Shown here one piece after another: positions 1 to 11,816 of a DNA stretch of 51,705 nucleotides (the stretch's first letter is position 1; every line of letters starts with the position of its first letter). Source of the DNA: an uncultured Gammaproteobacteria bacterium (lineage in GTDB: Bacteria; Patescibacteriota; Patescibacteriia; UBA1558; GWA2-36-10); assembly GCA_964638415.1 (NCBI GenBank), contig CAZWYP010000001.1, positions 1 to 51,705 of the forward strand, given 5' to 3'. Under the pieces are notes generated by a model. That model searched no databases. It was not told where the DNA came from and worked only from the letters and a program-made list of their open reading frames with translations. The translations under genes were made by a program, and so were the position numbers.

Positions 1-2096
<2,096 letters not shown>

Positions 2097-2454
2097 AAAA
2101 ATCTTGAAAATTTTTGGTCTTACAATTTTAGTACTTTAATCTTGTTGCATTATTGCAAAAATTTTTTTAGATGCTCATAAACATTATTCTATTGTCAATG
2201 TTCCCGTGCCAAGAAGAAGTCATTAGACTTCATCTCCGCCCCGCGGAGACTAATAGTTGACACTAAACAGCGTTTTAAAAGCCGCATTATCCGCCTGCTT
2301 TTAAAAGGCTGTTTGCTATCAACTAAGTTTTAAAGGGGACAAAAAACCGCTTAAAGCGGCTTCAGCTAAAAAACCAACTTTTTACCTAAAGCCTATCTTA
2401 TTTTATTGGTTAATTGTCTGTTCATTCTGCCGTGCACTTAATTATCTTGGTCGT

Positions 2455-2483
2455 ATTATAGAGCATTTTAAAAATCTTGTCAA
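2455..2483 (-). promoter_or_regulatory. Sigma70-type promoter for the stand-alone 23S gene
   Basis: TTGACA-17 nt-TATAAT on the minus strand, about 350 nt upstream of the 23S 5' end. Confidence 0.8.
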
Positions 2484-2512
2484 ACCTGCTTTCCCCCAAT
2501 GATTTTTGGGTA

Positions 2513-2634
2513 TTTTAACCGGCAAAAGGCTGCCTAATCTTAGCTAAAAAGCTAATCGGGAGATCTTTCTTAGCTATGTGCTTTAAAAGAGATTGGCTTA
2601 GCAACTAATATCGAGCAGCCGCTTGCCGGTAAAA
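2513..2634. repeat. Imperfect long inverted repeat (hairpin)
   Basis: Arms TTTTAACCGGCAAAAGGCTGC (2513-2533) and GCAGCCGCTTGCCGGTAAAA (2615-2634). Confidence 0.6.
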
Positions 2635-2712
2635 TGCTCTTTTCAGCCTATTATGCTTAACGAGCTGGAAAGAGCCCTGAACTAAGTTCAGGGAAACAAA
2701 CAAAAGGAGGTT

Positions 2713-3174
2713 TCAGATCAAAGCCTGAGCAACAAAAACAAAACGATTAAAGCGAAGTTCAACTCCGAATATCTTGCGGAATTGCTCCAGAAAGAATCCA
2801 GCATGACCAAGTTGATTGGTATTCGGAGAATCTGATAGTTCTATATTTTCTCCGCTGTACCGCAGACGCTCATTGGTATTGAGCACAGCAGCCACCAGCT
2901 CGCTAATGCGCTGCCGCTGATTTTCATCCGCGCGAGCGTAAAGTTTCTGAATCAAACGGCGATACTGGTATGGATCAATCCGGGGATTATCCAGTAAAGG
3001 ATCGCCATGGCGAGCAGCCGTAGTGATGAGGTAATCCAACAGCCACTTCACCATCGCCAAAGACTCCGGTGGAATAAATCCCAACCGGTAATGCTGCAAA
3101 CCATCTCTTAAGCCAGCTTCTGAGGCCTCAACGGCCTTTTGAATATAGAAATATTCAAAATTCCACTTAGACAT
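2713..3174 (-). CDS. Hypothetical protein, 153 aa
   Basis: ORF with an AAGGAG SD upstream; third gene of a co-oriented run; no recognisable motif. Confidence 0.7.
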   Translation of the reverse strand: MSKWNFEYFYIQKAVEASEAGLRDGLQHYRLGFIPPESLAMVKWLLDYLITTAARHGDPLLDNPRIDPYQYRRLIQKLYARADENQRQRISELVAAVLNTNERLRYSGENIELSDSPNTNQLGHAGFFLEQFRKIFGVELRFNRFVFVAQALI

Positions 3175-3290
3175 GGTTTTACTCCTTTAATCTTATGTAC
3201 TTTTCTCTCTTCCAAAACTATAAGTAATTATAATCTTAGAAGAGAGGAAGTCGTAAAATACGACTTCCTGCAACAGACAAGTGAAACAGC

Positions 3291-3641
3291 TCAGCATCGA
3301 GAAAGGAAGGTTTGGCTGAAAAATCCCTTCACTCCGGCATAGAACCAGAGCAAGAAACCGATACCCCAAACTGCCAAGGCCACATACAGACCCAACCAAT
3401 CAACCGTGGGCCAGGAAAGTGCATACAGCCCACTGCCGATAATCGACATGGCCATTGTCTTCCAGTTGTTAAACCAGGCAGCCGCTGTTCCGAAGAGAAT
3501 GAAGGCACCAGTGAAAATTGGCCACATTGGCTCAATGATCACATGAGTGCAATACAGCAACGCTGCAATGGCCAAAAGAATCTGGGCAAAACCAACAAAT
3601 TGACTGATCGCCGAGTGGATGAAATCAAGCAACTTCTTCAT
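3291..3641 (-). CDS. Hypothetical membrane protein, 116 aa (~4 TM)
   Basis: Hydrophobic stretches; AAAGGA SD. Confidence 0.7.
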   Translation of the reverse strand: MKKLLDFIHSAISQFVGFAQILLAIAALLYCTHVIIEPMWPIFTGAFILFGTAAAWFNNWKTMAMSIIGSGLYALSWPTVDWLGLYVALAVWGIGFLLWFYAGVKGFFSQTFLSRC

Positions 3642-3681
3642 GATAGTTATCCTTTATGTGAATCTGTCACTTAACTTGTTG

Positions 3682-4023
3682 CTAAGCAGTTGTTGGCTTA
3701 TTGTGGTCTTCAATCAATTTGCGCAGCTCTTGCGTGGTCACGTTGACTACAGAAGCTGCTAAACCGAAGCCACGCGATCCTTCATCAAGTTCGGACAGAA
3801 GAAAACTGAATCGTGAGATTAAGTTTTGACTAGGAGCTGAAAACAAAACCTGCACAACACGATCACCGTCCGAGAATCGACGACCGAAGAGCAAATAGTT
3901 TTTGGCCTCCGTGCCGGAACGACCGCTGATATCCAAAGTAAGTGTTGTGTCTATTGGCTTGCCAGTCTTTGGATTTTTCAAACCAAGTGTTAATTCTGCC
4001 TGAAATACAGTCTGCTGCTTCAT
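3682..4023 (-). CDS. Hypothetical protein, 113 aa
   Basis: ORF with a GAGG SD; first gene of the run. Confidence 0.7.
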   Translation of the reverse strand: MKQQTVFQAELTLGLKNPKTGKPIDTTLTLDISGRSGTEAKNYLLFGRRFSDGDRVVQVLFSAPSQNLISRFSFLLSELDEGSRGFGLAASVVNVTTQELRKLIEDHNKPTTA

Positions 4024-4061
4024 AACGATCCTCTTCTTTCTTATTTGATTTGTGAATTGTA

Positions 4062-4314
4062 CAGCAAATAACTGTAGAAGAAACAGTTTACTAAAGGCTG
4101 TGATGGGCGCTTAAATATATATTTATGGCCCGACAGTTTTAATAAACCTACGCTTTTCTTCTACATTTACCTGCTGAACAAATAAAAACAGCAAATACCT
4201 AAAGGAGAGCATTTGCTGTTTTTAACTTATCTTTGCTTACAAACCCTCTCCCAGAGTTTATTATTTGTTAATATTCTAATTTAGTAATATATCATATTAT
4301 GTAAATATTGTCAA
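4062..4314 (-). promoter_or_regulatory. Promoter, terminator and long rod-like hairpin upstream of the three-gene operon
   Basis: TTGACA-17-TATATT (4314-4286); terminator hairpin 4184-4223; rod with arms 4062-4083 and 4155-4176. Confidence 0.6.
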
Positions 4315-4350
4315 TAGTATAAAAATACCCCGTAATATGGGGTATTTTTA

Positions 4351-4863
4351 CTACAAAATCTCAACTTTTAAGTATTTAGCGCCGAATTTAATAGCTTCTT
4401 GCTTATCTGCCATCCAAATATCCATACGGTAATAATAACGCTTATTCATCCTATCTTCCACTACGAAGATCTTATCACCATAAACATCAGGAAAACGAAC
4501 CATGGTGCCTTTAGGTAAAAAGTTAGTAGCCACAATACCGTCTCTAACATGGGTATTAAAAGCAGTAATAAAAGGGGTATCGTCAGTTTGACCTGGCTCA
4601 GAATTATAAGCGGTTACTACGATTTTCATAGTCTGTCTTGGCTGACGTTGGCCAATTTCCGGCAAAGATGGTCCTGGATTATAAGACTTAATGGCTGTTT
4701 CCATTACTGGGCCTAATACTTCTTTTTGGCTAATATTAGGAATATCCTGAGATAAAGCTGTTTGTGGCAAGTCAAAAATAACCAAAATACCCAATAAAAT
4801 AGCAGGTAAAACCTTAAATCTAGTAATTTTTCTTAAATTTTTCATTAATTTGGCTAATTCCAT
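4351..4863 (-). CDS. 3D (Asp-Asp-Asp) domain protein, membrane-anchored
   Basis: VTAYNS...DDTPFITA...GIVATNFLP.GT...VVEDRM...RMDIWM pattern; N-terminal hydrophobic anchor. Confidence 0.85.
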   Translation of the reverse strand: MELAKLMKNLRKITRFKVLPAILLGILVIFDLPQTALSQDIPNISQKEVLGPVMETAIKSYNPGPSLPEIGQRQPRQTMKIVVTAYNSEPGQTDDTPFITAFNTHVRDGIVATNFLPKGTMVRFPDVYGDKIFVVEDRMNKRYYYRMDIWMADKQEAIKFGAKYLKVEIL

Positions 4864-4998
4864 AAATATGCTTAATGCTAAATTAAAAAGTCCTGTTTTT
4901 CAGGACAATGGGACATTGTAGCATATTTATTGATTTTTGTCAAGATTATACTCACCTGACGCCAAACATGTTAAACTAGATAAACTGAGCTGTCAATT

Positions 4999-5286
4999 AT
5001 GCATAAACAATTATCTTTTAAAGAAAAAGTATATAAAGTGGTGGCCAAAATACCTAAAGGTAGGGTTTTAAGCTATGGTGAGGTGGCAAAACTGGCCGGT
5101 TCGCCTAGAGCAGCCAGAGCCGTGGGCAATATTATGCATAATAACCCTGATCCTAAAAAAGTTCCCTGCCATCGGGTGGTAGCGACGGGTAATAAAATCG
5201 GAGGATATGCTTATGGTGTCAAGGCTAAGATAAAAAAATTGCGCTCGGAGGGCGTATTAATAAAAGGCAATTTGATTTATAGTTAA
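4999..5286 (+). CDS. MGMT-family O6-alkylguanine repair protein (single domain)
   Basis: SYGEVA...ARAVG and PCHRV active-site motifs. Confidence 0.9.
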   Translation: MHKQLSFKEKVYKVVAKIPKGRVLSYGEVAKLAGSPRAARAVGNIMHNNPDPKKVPCHRVVATGNKIGGYAYGVKAKIKKLRSEGVLIKGNLIYS

Positions 5287-5333
5287 AATTTGTTATAATA
5301 CACTAACTATTTAATAAGCTCAAAAAAATAATT

Positions 5334-6092
5334 ATGGAAGAAAATAAAAAGTTTATAGATTCCCTATCCCCTAAAACTGCTTTTAAATTCGGTTTATTCA
5401 GCGGCTTGGGAATTATGTTTGTTGTCGGCTTTTTCATTCTATTGGGTCTATTGCTCAATGGTAATAATGCTTTAAGCTTCGGCAAAAACAACAATAATAA
5501 CAATAATGTAGTCAACAATGCCAATAATAACCAGCCGACTAACCAAGGCAATGTCAATAATGCTGCTGATGTCAGCAAAGCAGATTGGGTGCGCGGTGAC
5601 AGCAAGGCTCCTATTACTATAGTAGAGTATTCAGATATTGACTGCCCGTTCTGCCAAAACTTCCACGCTACCATGAAACAGCTCTTGCAGCAGTATGACG
5701 GAGATGTTAAATGGGTCTATCGCCATTTCCCGCTCACTTCCCTGCATCCTAATGCCTTTACTAAAGCGGAAGCTGTAGAATGCGTCGGCAGCTTAGAAGG
5801 CAATGATGCTTTCTGGCAATTTACCGATCTGTTAATTGAAGACAAGACCATTACTGTAGATCAATTAGCAGATAAAGCGTCCGGTATTGGAGTGGATAAG
5901 AATAAATTCCAAGCCTGCATGGATAATCATGACTTTGCCCAAAAGATTCAAGACCAGGCTAATGAGGCAATTTCGGCGGGCGGACAGGGCACTCCTTATA
6001 GCGTAATCATCGCCGGCAAGCAAAGGCTGCCGATTAACGGCGCTTTACCGCTGGCTCAAATTACCCAGCAATTAGACTCCTTGATCAAATAA
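5334..6092 (+). CDS. DsbA-family thiol:disulfide oxidoreductase, TM anchor, Asn-rich linker
   Basis: EYSDIDCPFC, YRHFPL, GTP motifs. Confidence 0.9.
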   Translation: MEENKKFIDSLSPKTAFKFGLFSGLGIMFVVGFFILLGLLLNGNNALSFGKNNNNNNNVVNNANNNQPTNQGNVNNAADVSKADWVRGDSKAPITIVEYSDIDCPFCQNFHATMKQLLQQYDGDVKWVYRHFPLTSLHPNAFTKAEAVECVGSLEGNDAFWQFTDLLIEDKTITVDQLADKASGIGVDKNKFQACMDNHDFAQKIQDQANEAISAGGQGTPYSVIIAGKQRLPINGALPLAQITQQLDSLIK

Positions 6093-6204
6093 GAAAAATA
6101 GCCCATCCAAACCAAAAATACGATGGGCTTTTTTTATATATAAAAATCAATTATAATAACTTCAACTTAAGAAAAGCGTTATTTATCAGTAATAAACAAT
6201 AAAC

Positions 6205-6855
6205 ATGAGTAAGCAAAATAATTTTGTTTTCTGGATGGTGGCTCTAGTCGCTGTCGGGCTCTTAACCTTAATCATGGTTAAATTAGCCATGACTCCTAAG
6301 ACTAATAATAACAATAACCAAGCAAATATTGCTCCCGTTAGCGATGATGATTATTTCAAAGATAATTCTAATGCCACCGTCACTATTGTGGAATACAGTG
6401 ATTTTCAGTGCCCAGCCTGTGCGCAATATTACCAAATGCTGAAACAAGTGCATACCGATTTCGGAGATAAAATAAAATTCGTCTACCGCCACTTCCCTTT
6501 GCGGACAATCCATCCTAATGCGCAAGCAGCCAGTGAAGCAGCGGTGGCGGCGGGACTGCAGGGCAGATTCTGGGAAATGCATGATCAGTTATTTGAAAAC
6601 CAAACCAGTTGGTCAAACTTAGCTAAACCCGAAGAAAGCTTCATTCGTTATGCGGAAAATCTGGGCTTGAATGTTGAACAATTCAAATCTGATCTAAAAA
6701 GCTCTCAAGTCAAAGACCGCGTCAATCGCGACTATAATGATGCTATTAAAAACGGACTGAACGGCACGCCAACTTTCTTTATCAACGGCGAAGCCTTTGC
6801 TCCGCGCAGCTATAATGATTTCGCCAATGCTATCAATCAAAGGCTCAATCAGTAA
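6205..6855 (+). CDS. DsbA-family oxidoreductase
   Basis: EYSDFQCPAC, YRHFPL, GTPTFFING motifs. Confidence 0.92.
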   Translation: MSKQNNFVFWMVALVAVGLLTLIMVKLAMTPKTNNNNNQANIAPVSDDDYFKDNSNATVTIVEYSDFQCPACAQYYQMLKQVHTDFGDKIKFVYRHFPLRTIHPNAQAASEAAVAAGLQGRFWEMHDQLFENQTSWSNLAKPEESFIRYAENLGLNVEQFKSDLKSSQVKDRVNRDYNDAIKNGLNGTPTFFINGEAFAPRSYNDFANAINQRLNQ

Positions 6856-7279
6856 GAAGATTCTTTACGGCTTTGTAGCGGTAGCCTTAATAGGCTTTCT
6901 GGACGCCGTATTCTTAACTGCTAAGCATTATTCCGGCCAGGAAGTAAGTTGCTCTTTAACTGGCGGCTGTAATGATGTGTTAACTAGCCAATATGCTACC
7001 ATGCTTGGTTTTCCCACTTCGCTCTGGGGTGCTGGCTATTACTTAGTAATTCTAGCCGCGGCCTTGCTTTATCTTAAACAGCAAAATTGGCTTAGTGAAA
7101 AAATATTAAGCTACTTTACTTTCGGCGGCTTTCTCTTTTCCTTATACCTAGTTTATCTGCAACTTTTTGTTATTCAATCCATTTGCCCCTACTGCTTACT
7201 CTCTGCTTTAACTTCCACTATCTTATTCGTCTTAAGCTTAACTTGCCTCTTAACTAAGAAAACTTATGAACACTTATGA
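6827..7279 (+). CDS. VKOR-family membrane protein (start 6827 or 6815)
   Basis: Loop cysteines C..(SLTGG)C, CPYC redox motif, ~4-5 TM; directly follows dsbA. Confidence 0.88.
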   Translation: MLSIKGSISKKILYGFVAVALIGFLDAVFLTAKHYSGQEVSCSLTGGCNDVLTSQYATMLGFPTSLWGAGYYLVILAAALLYLKQQNWLSEKILSYFTFGGFLFSLYLVYLQLFVIQSICPYCLLSALTSTILFVLSLTCLLTKKTYEHL

Positions 7280-8195
7280 TTTAATTATTGTCGGCGGCGG
7301 TCCGGCGGCGGTCGCTGCCGGCGTTTACTCTGCTCGCAAACAATTGAAAACTTTGTTTCTGGCTGATTCCTTTGAAAGCCAATCCGTAGTCTCTCCGGAC
7401 ATTAAGAACTGGATTGGTGAAATTTCCATTTCCGGATATGATTTGGCTAAAAAATTCGAAAACCACCTCAGAGACTATGAGGGAGAGTGGCTGACTATTA
7501 TAATAGGTCAGCGTGCTGTTAAATTAAGTAGAGAGGGAAATTTGTTTACTGTCGCTTTAGCAGATCAGCAGCAATTCCAAGGAAAAACAGTTTTAATTTC
7601 TACCGGGGCCAGGCGCCGCAAGCTGGAAATTCCCGGCGCCAAAGAATTTGAACAAAAAGGCATTACCTACTGCGCTAGTTGCGACGGGCCGCTGTTTAAA
7701 AACAAAGATGTCGTGGTAATTGGCGGCGGCAATGCCGGCTGGGAAGCAGCTGCTCAATTAATGGCCTACACTAACAGCGTCCTATTATTACACCGCGGAG
7801 ATCAATTTAAGGCGGATAAAATCACGGTAGATAAAACTTCAGCTAATCCCAAAGTAACTGCTCTGCTTAACACTGAGCCACTGGAAATTAAAGGAGATAA
7901 ATTTGTCCAAAGCTTGGTTTACAAAAATAATAAGACTAATGAAACTAAAGAAGTAGCTGTCCAGGGTGTCTTTGCAGAAATCGGTTTTATTCCCAATACT
8001 GAATGGGTCGCCGATTTAATTCCTTTAGATGGTAATAAGGCGGTGATCGTAGATCCTGTCACCCAACGCACTAAAGTTGACGGAGTCTGGGCCGCTGGGG
8101 ATTGCGCAGCTAGTCTTTACCACCAAAACAATATTGCCGCCGGAGAAGGTATTACGGCCTTGGAAGATATTTATCTGTACTTAACCCGCCAATAA
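7266..8195 (+). CDS. trxB: Thioredoxin-disulfide reductase family
   Basis: GGGPA FAD motif, CASCDG, GGGN NADPH motif, GVWAAGD. Confidence 0.9.
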   Translation: MNTYDLIIVGGGPAAVAAGVYSARKQLKTLFLADSFESQSVVSPDIKNWIGEISISGYDLAKKFENHLRDYEGEWLTIIIGQRAVKLSREGNLFTVALADQQQFQGKTVLISTGARRRKLEIPGAKEFEQKGITYCASCDGPLFKNKDVVVIGGGNAGWEAAAQLMAYTNSVLLLHRGDQFKADKITVDKTSANPKVTALLNTEPLEIKGDKFVQSLVYKNNKTNETKEVAVQGVFAEIGFIPNTEWVADLIPLDGNKAVIVDPVTQRTKVDGVWAAGDCAASLYHQNNIAAGEGITALEDIYLYLTRQ

Positions 8196-8196
8196 T

Positions 8197-8949
8197 ATGT
8201 GGGAGCTGATCATCCCCAGCTTTATTGCCGGCTTGCTTACTTTTCTTGCTCCTTGCACCTTACCCTTAGTGCCAAGCTTCTTAGGGTTTATCAGCGGAAT
8301 ATCTTTAAACAAAGACTCTCTTAAACAGAGTAATACTAAATACCGAATTGTCCTCAACAGCCTATTATATGTTCTGGGCTTCAGTTTTATTTTCATCATC
8401 CTCGGCACAGCTTTTGCCTGGGGCGGAACCTGGCTTACTCCCCATCGCCTGACTATTGCCCGCCTAGGCGGTATTTTCATTATCTTCTTCGGACTACTAA
8501 TGCTACATGCTTTCAATTGGCGCTGGCTCAACTTCTTTTACCAGGAAAAAAGATTGCCAATTATCCACCACCTTAAGCCCGGCCAGCCTCTAAGCTCTTT
8601 TCTCTTTGGTAGCTTATTTGCTTTTGGCTGGTCGCCTTGCATTGGCCCGATTCTAGCCACTGTTTTGTTTTTAGCCACCACCACTCATCCTTGGCAAGGA
8701 ATGCTATTATTATCTGTCTTTTCCTTAGGCATGGGACTACCCTTTATTCTAATCGCTTTAGCGGCAGACAAATCATTAACCTTGCTGCCTAAACTAAATA
8801 AATACTTGCCAATAATCTCCACCATTGGCGGCATTTTTTTAATTCTAATCGGCTTAAGCATTTTAACCAACACCTTCAGCTGGTTTACCGCTTGGTTTTA
8901 CCAACTGTTTAATTTTATCAACTACGATAAACTGCTGAATTATTTTTAG
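8197..8949 (+). CDS. ccdA: CcdA/DsbD transmembrane electron transporter
   Basis: FLAPCTLPLVP and FAFGWSPCIGPIL motifs. Confidence 0.9.
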   Translation: MWELIIPSFIAGLLTFLAPCTLPLVPSFLGFISGISLNKDSLKQSNTKYRIVLNSLLYVLGFSFIFIILGTAFAWGGTWLTPHRLTIARLGGIFIIFFGLLMLHAFNWRWLNFFYQEKRLPIIHHLKPGQPLSSFLFGSLFAFGWSPCIGPILATVLFLATTTHPWQGMLLLSVFSLGMGLPFILIALAADKSLTLLPKLNKYLPIISTIGGIFLILIGLSILTNTFSWFTAWFYQLFNFINYDKLLNYF

Positions 8950-9021
8950 CAATAACAGCTATCACCGCTTAAGCGGTGATTTTTGTTTTCAGTTAAAAAA
9001 TGGTAAAATATAATAAATAAA

Positions 9022-9861
9022 ATGGGCAGAGTAATGGAAAAAATATCCTCAGACAACTTAAAAAGTATCGCTAATAATATCCGGCAAGATATTGTCCGGA
9101 TGCTGGTAAAAGCCGGCTCCGGCCATCCGGGTGGCTCTTTGGGCCTGGCAGATATTTTTACTGTCCTCTATTGGCAAATACTTAACCACAATCCTAAGAA
9201 ACCCAATTGGCCAGACCGCGATCGGTTGGTTTTATCCAACGGGCATGTCTGTCCCGTGCTTTATTCTGCCTTAGCTAGAGCAAATTACTTTCCTTTAGCC
9301 AGCCTTAACACTTTGCGAAAAATAAATTCCCCTTTGCAAGGCCACCCGCATAATTTATCTTTACCCGGCGTGGAAGTAAGTTCCGGTCCTTTGGGACAGG
9401 GTATTTCCCAGGCGGTAGGATTAGCCTTAGCTGCTAAAATGGACAAAGCCGGCTGGCAAGTATTCTGCGTCACCTCTGACGGCGAGCATAATGAAGGACA
9501 ATTATGGGAAAGTCTATTAGTTGCCGCTAAATACAAATTGGGGAATTTAATCAATATTGTGGATTACAACCATATCCAGATTGACGGATACACTGAAGAC
9601 ATCATGCCCTTGGGCAGTTTGAAAAATAAATACCTGGCTTTTGGCTGGGAAGTGCTGGAAACTAACGGCCATAATTTAAAACAAATTTACAAAACTTTGC
9701 TGCGCGCCAAAAGCTACCAGAAAAAACCAGTGGTAGTAATCGCCAAAACCATTCCCGGCAAGGGCGTTAAATTTATGGAAAATAAGTGGCAATGGCATGG
9801 TACTGCCCCTACGCCAGCGGAAGCTGCCAAGGCTTTAAGCGAATTAAAAACTCTCTACTAA
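9022..9861 (+). CDS. tktN: Transketolase, N-terminal subunit
   Basis: SGHPGGSL, DRLVLSNGH, SGPLGQG, SDGEHNEG (ThDP motif). Confidence 0.93.
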   Translation: MGRVMEKISSDNLKSIANNIRQDIVRMLVKAGSGHPGGSLGLADIFTVLYWQILNHNPKKPNWPDRDRLVLSNGHVCPVLYSALARANYFPLASLNTLRKINSPLQGHPHNLSLPGVEVSSGPLGQGISQAVGLALAAKMDKAGWQVFCVTSDGEHNEGQLWESLLVAAKYKLGNLINIVDYNHIQIDGYTEDIMPLGSLKNKYLAFGWEVLETNGHNLKQIYKTLLRAKSYQKKPVVVIAKTIPGKGVKFMENKWQWHGTAPTPAEAAKALSELKTLY

Positions 9862-10817
9862 TGTTAAAGAATAATATTTTTGACAACCCAGAATTAAAAT
9901 CTACCAGGGATGCTTACGGCGAAGCATTACTAGTTTTAGGCAAGGATAAGAACATTGCCGTAGTGTCAGCCGATTTAGCCGAATCCACCCGCGTCCATTA
10001 TTTTGCCAAAAAATATCCGGAAAGATTTGTGGAGGTAGGAGTAGCAGAACAAAGCTTAATGGGCGTTGCCGCCGGTTTAGCCTTGGGAGGCAAAACCGTC
10101 TTTGCCTCCAGCTTTGCCGTTTTTTCTCCGGGTAGAAATTGGGATCAGCTGCGCGTCAGCGTTTGCTATTCCAAAGCTAATGTTAAAATTGTCTCCACTC
10201 ATACCGGTTTAAGCGTCGGTGAAGATGGTGCCAGCCACCAAGCTTTGGAAGATATCGCCATTACTCGCGTCTTACCGAATTTAACCGTGCTGGTACCGGC
10301 AGACTATGAACAAACCAAACAAGCAATATTTACCATTGCTAAAACCAAGCAACCAACCTATGTCCGCCTTACTCGTCAAAAATCTCCCCTGCTCTACCAA
10401 AAAAACCTGCCGTTTAAGATCGGGAAAGCTAATGTGCTAAAAACCGGCACTGATCTAACTATTGTCGCCTGCGGACCAATTATCTACGAGGCTTTGGTAG
10501 TTGCCCGGGAAGCTGCCAAGAAAAAAATATCCGTAGAGGTAATTGACTGTCCAAGCATCAAGCCGTTGGATAAAAAAACCATTATCGCTTCCGTTAAAAA
10601 AACCAAAAAATTAATTACCCTAGAAGAGCATCAAATCCACGGCGGCTTGGGTTCGGCTATTGTCGAAATGCTATCCCAAAATTATCCAGTACCTACTAAA
10701 ATAATGGGTATTCAAGATACTTTTGGTGAAAGCGGTGATCCGGCCAAGCTTTTAGCAAAATACCAAATAGACCGCAGTGAAATTTTAAAAAACATTTTAT
10801 TAATGACTAAAAAATAA
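9861..10817 (+). CDS. tktC: Transketolase, C-terminal subunit (ATG overlaps the upstream stop, TAATG)
   Basis: VGVAEQ, GEDGASHQALED, EEHQIHGGLGS motifs. Confidence 0.93.
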   Translation: MLKNNIFDNPELKSTRDAYGEALLVLGKDKNIAVVSADLAESTRVHYFAKKYPERFVEVGVAEQSLMGVAAGLALGGKTVFASSFAVFSPGRNWDQLRVSVCYSKANVKIVSTHTGLSVGEDGASHQALEDIAITRVLPNLTVLVPADYEQTKQAIFTIAKTKQPTYVRLTRQKSPLLYQKNLPFKIGKANVLKTGTDLTIVACGPIIYEALVVAREAAKKKISVEVIDCPSIKPLDKKTIIASVKKTKKLITLEEHQIHGGLGSAIVEMLSQNYPVPTKIMGIQDTFGESGDPAKLLAKYQIDRSEILKNILLMTKK

Positions 10818-10819
10818 CC

Positions 10820-11785
10820 ATGCATAACGCCCTTAAAAACCTGCCGGAACAATTTGCTTGGCAGCCGGTAATTAAAAACAGAAAATCCTTAAAAAATTTC
10901 TCCCAGTTTATTATTTTGGGTATGGGTGGATCTCACTTGGCGGCAGACTTGATCAAATTAACCCAGCCAGAGCTCAAGCTAATCATTCACTCCGACTATG
11001 GCTTGCCTAAAATGCCAATTAAAGAATTAAAGCAGTCCTTAATAATTGCCAATTCCTACTCCGGCAATACCGAGGAAGTATTAGCTGGACTAAAAACAGC
11101 CTTGGCTAAAAAATTAAACCTTGCCTGCATTTCTATTGGCGGTAAATTAATTGAATTGGCTAAACAAAATAACCTGCCATATATCCAAATGCCGGATACC
11201 CATATCCAACCCCGTATGGCCTTGGGCTTTAATGCCAAGGCTTTGGCCAAAATCATGGGCTTGAATAATACCTACCAAGAATTATCTAACCTTGCTACTC
11301 AGCTTAATCCTCTGCAATTTAACCAGCCCGGCAAAAAACTAGCCAAAACCTTAAAGCATAAAATACCGGTAATCTATTCCTCTGTTACTAACCAGGCTAT
11401 TGCCTATAACTGGAAGATCAAGCTGAACGAAACTGGTAAAGTACCTGCTTTTTACAATGTCCTGCCGGAGTTAAATCACAATGAGATGAATGGTTTTGAT
11501 GTCAGAGAGACGACTAGAAACTTATCCAAGGACTTTTACTTTATTTTTCTCACGGACAGTACTGACAACTTAAGAATACAGAAAAGATTTAAGATTTTAA
11601 ATAATCTTTACCGAAAAAATAAGCTGCCGGTTATTACCCTGCCTCTTAAAGGAAAAAATGCCTGGCAAAAAATATTCACTAGCTTAACTTTAGCCGACTG
11701 GACTTCTTATTATTTAGCTAAAAGCTACCACTTGGAACCAGAACCGGTGCCGATGGTAGAAGAGTTTAAAAAGTTGATGAAATAA
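10820..11785 (+). CDS. Bifunctional phosphoglucose/phosphomannose isomerase (SIS)
   Basis: GMGGS, SYSGNTEE, QPRMA, NETGK, PELNHNEM motifs. Confidence 0.9.
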   Translation: MHNALKNLPEQFAWQPVIKNRKSLKNFSQFIILGMGGSHLAADLIKLTQPELKLIIHSDYGLPKMPIKELKQSLIIANSYSGNTEEVLAGLKTALAKKLNLACISIGGKLIELAKQNNLPYIQMPDTHIQPRMALGFNAKALAKIMGLNNTYQELSNLATQLNPLQFNQPGKKLAKTLKHKIPVIYSSVTNQAIAYNWKIKLNETGKVPAFYNVLPELNHNEMNGFDVRETTRNLSKDFYFIFLTDSTDNLRIQKRFKILNNLYRKNKLPVITLPLKGKNAWQKIFTSLTLADWTSYYLAKSYHLEPEPVPMVEEFKKLMK

Positions 11786-11816
11786 TTAATAGCGTTAAAA
11801 TCAAGGAGGTGAAATT

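Noticed and set aside
5480-5565. AAT/AAC-rich tract
   Set aside because: It encodes an Asn-rich linker of DsbA and stays in frame; it is not a contingency repeat or array.
9786-9860. Upstream starts given by the ORF track for tktC and others (6797, 40002, 43044, 48468, 49359, 50648)
   Set aside because: Downstream ATGs with an SD or stop-start overlap fit better, so the starts were trimmed.
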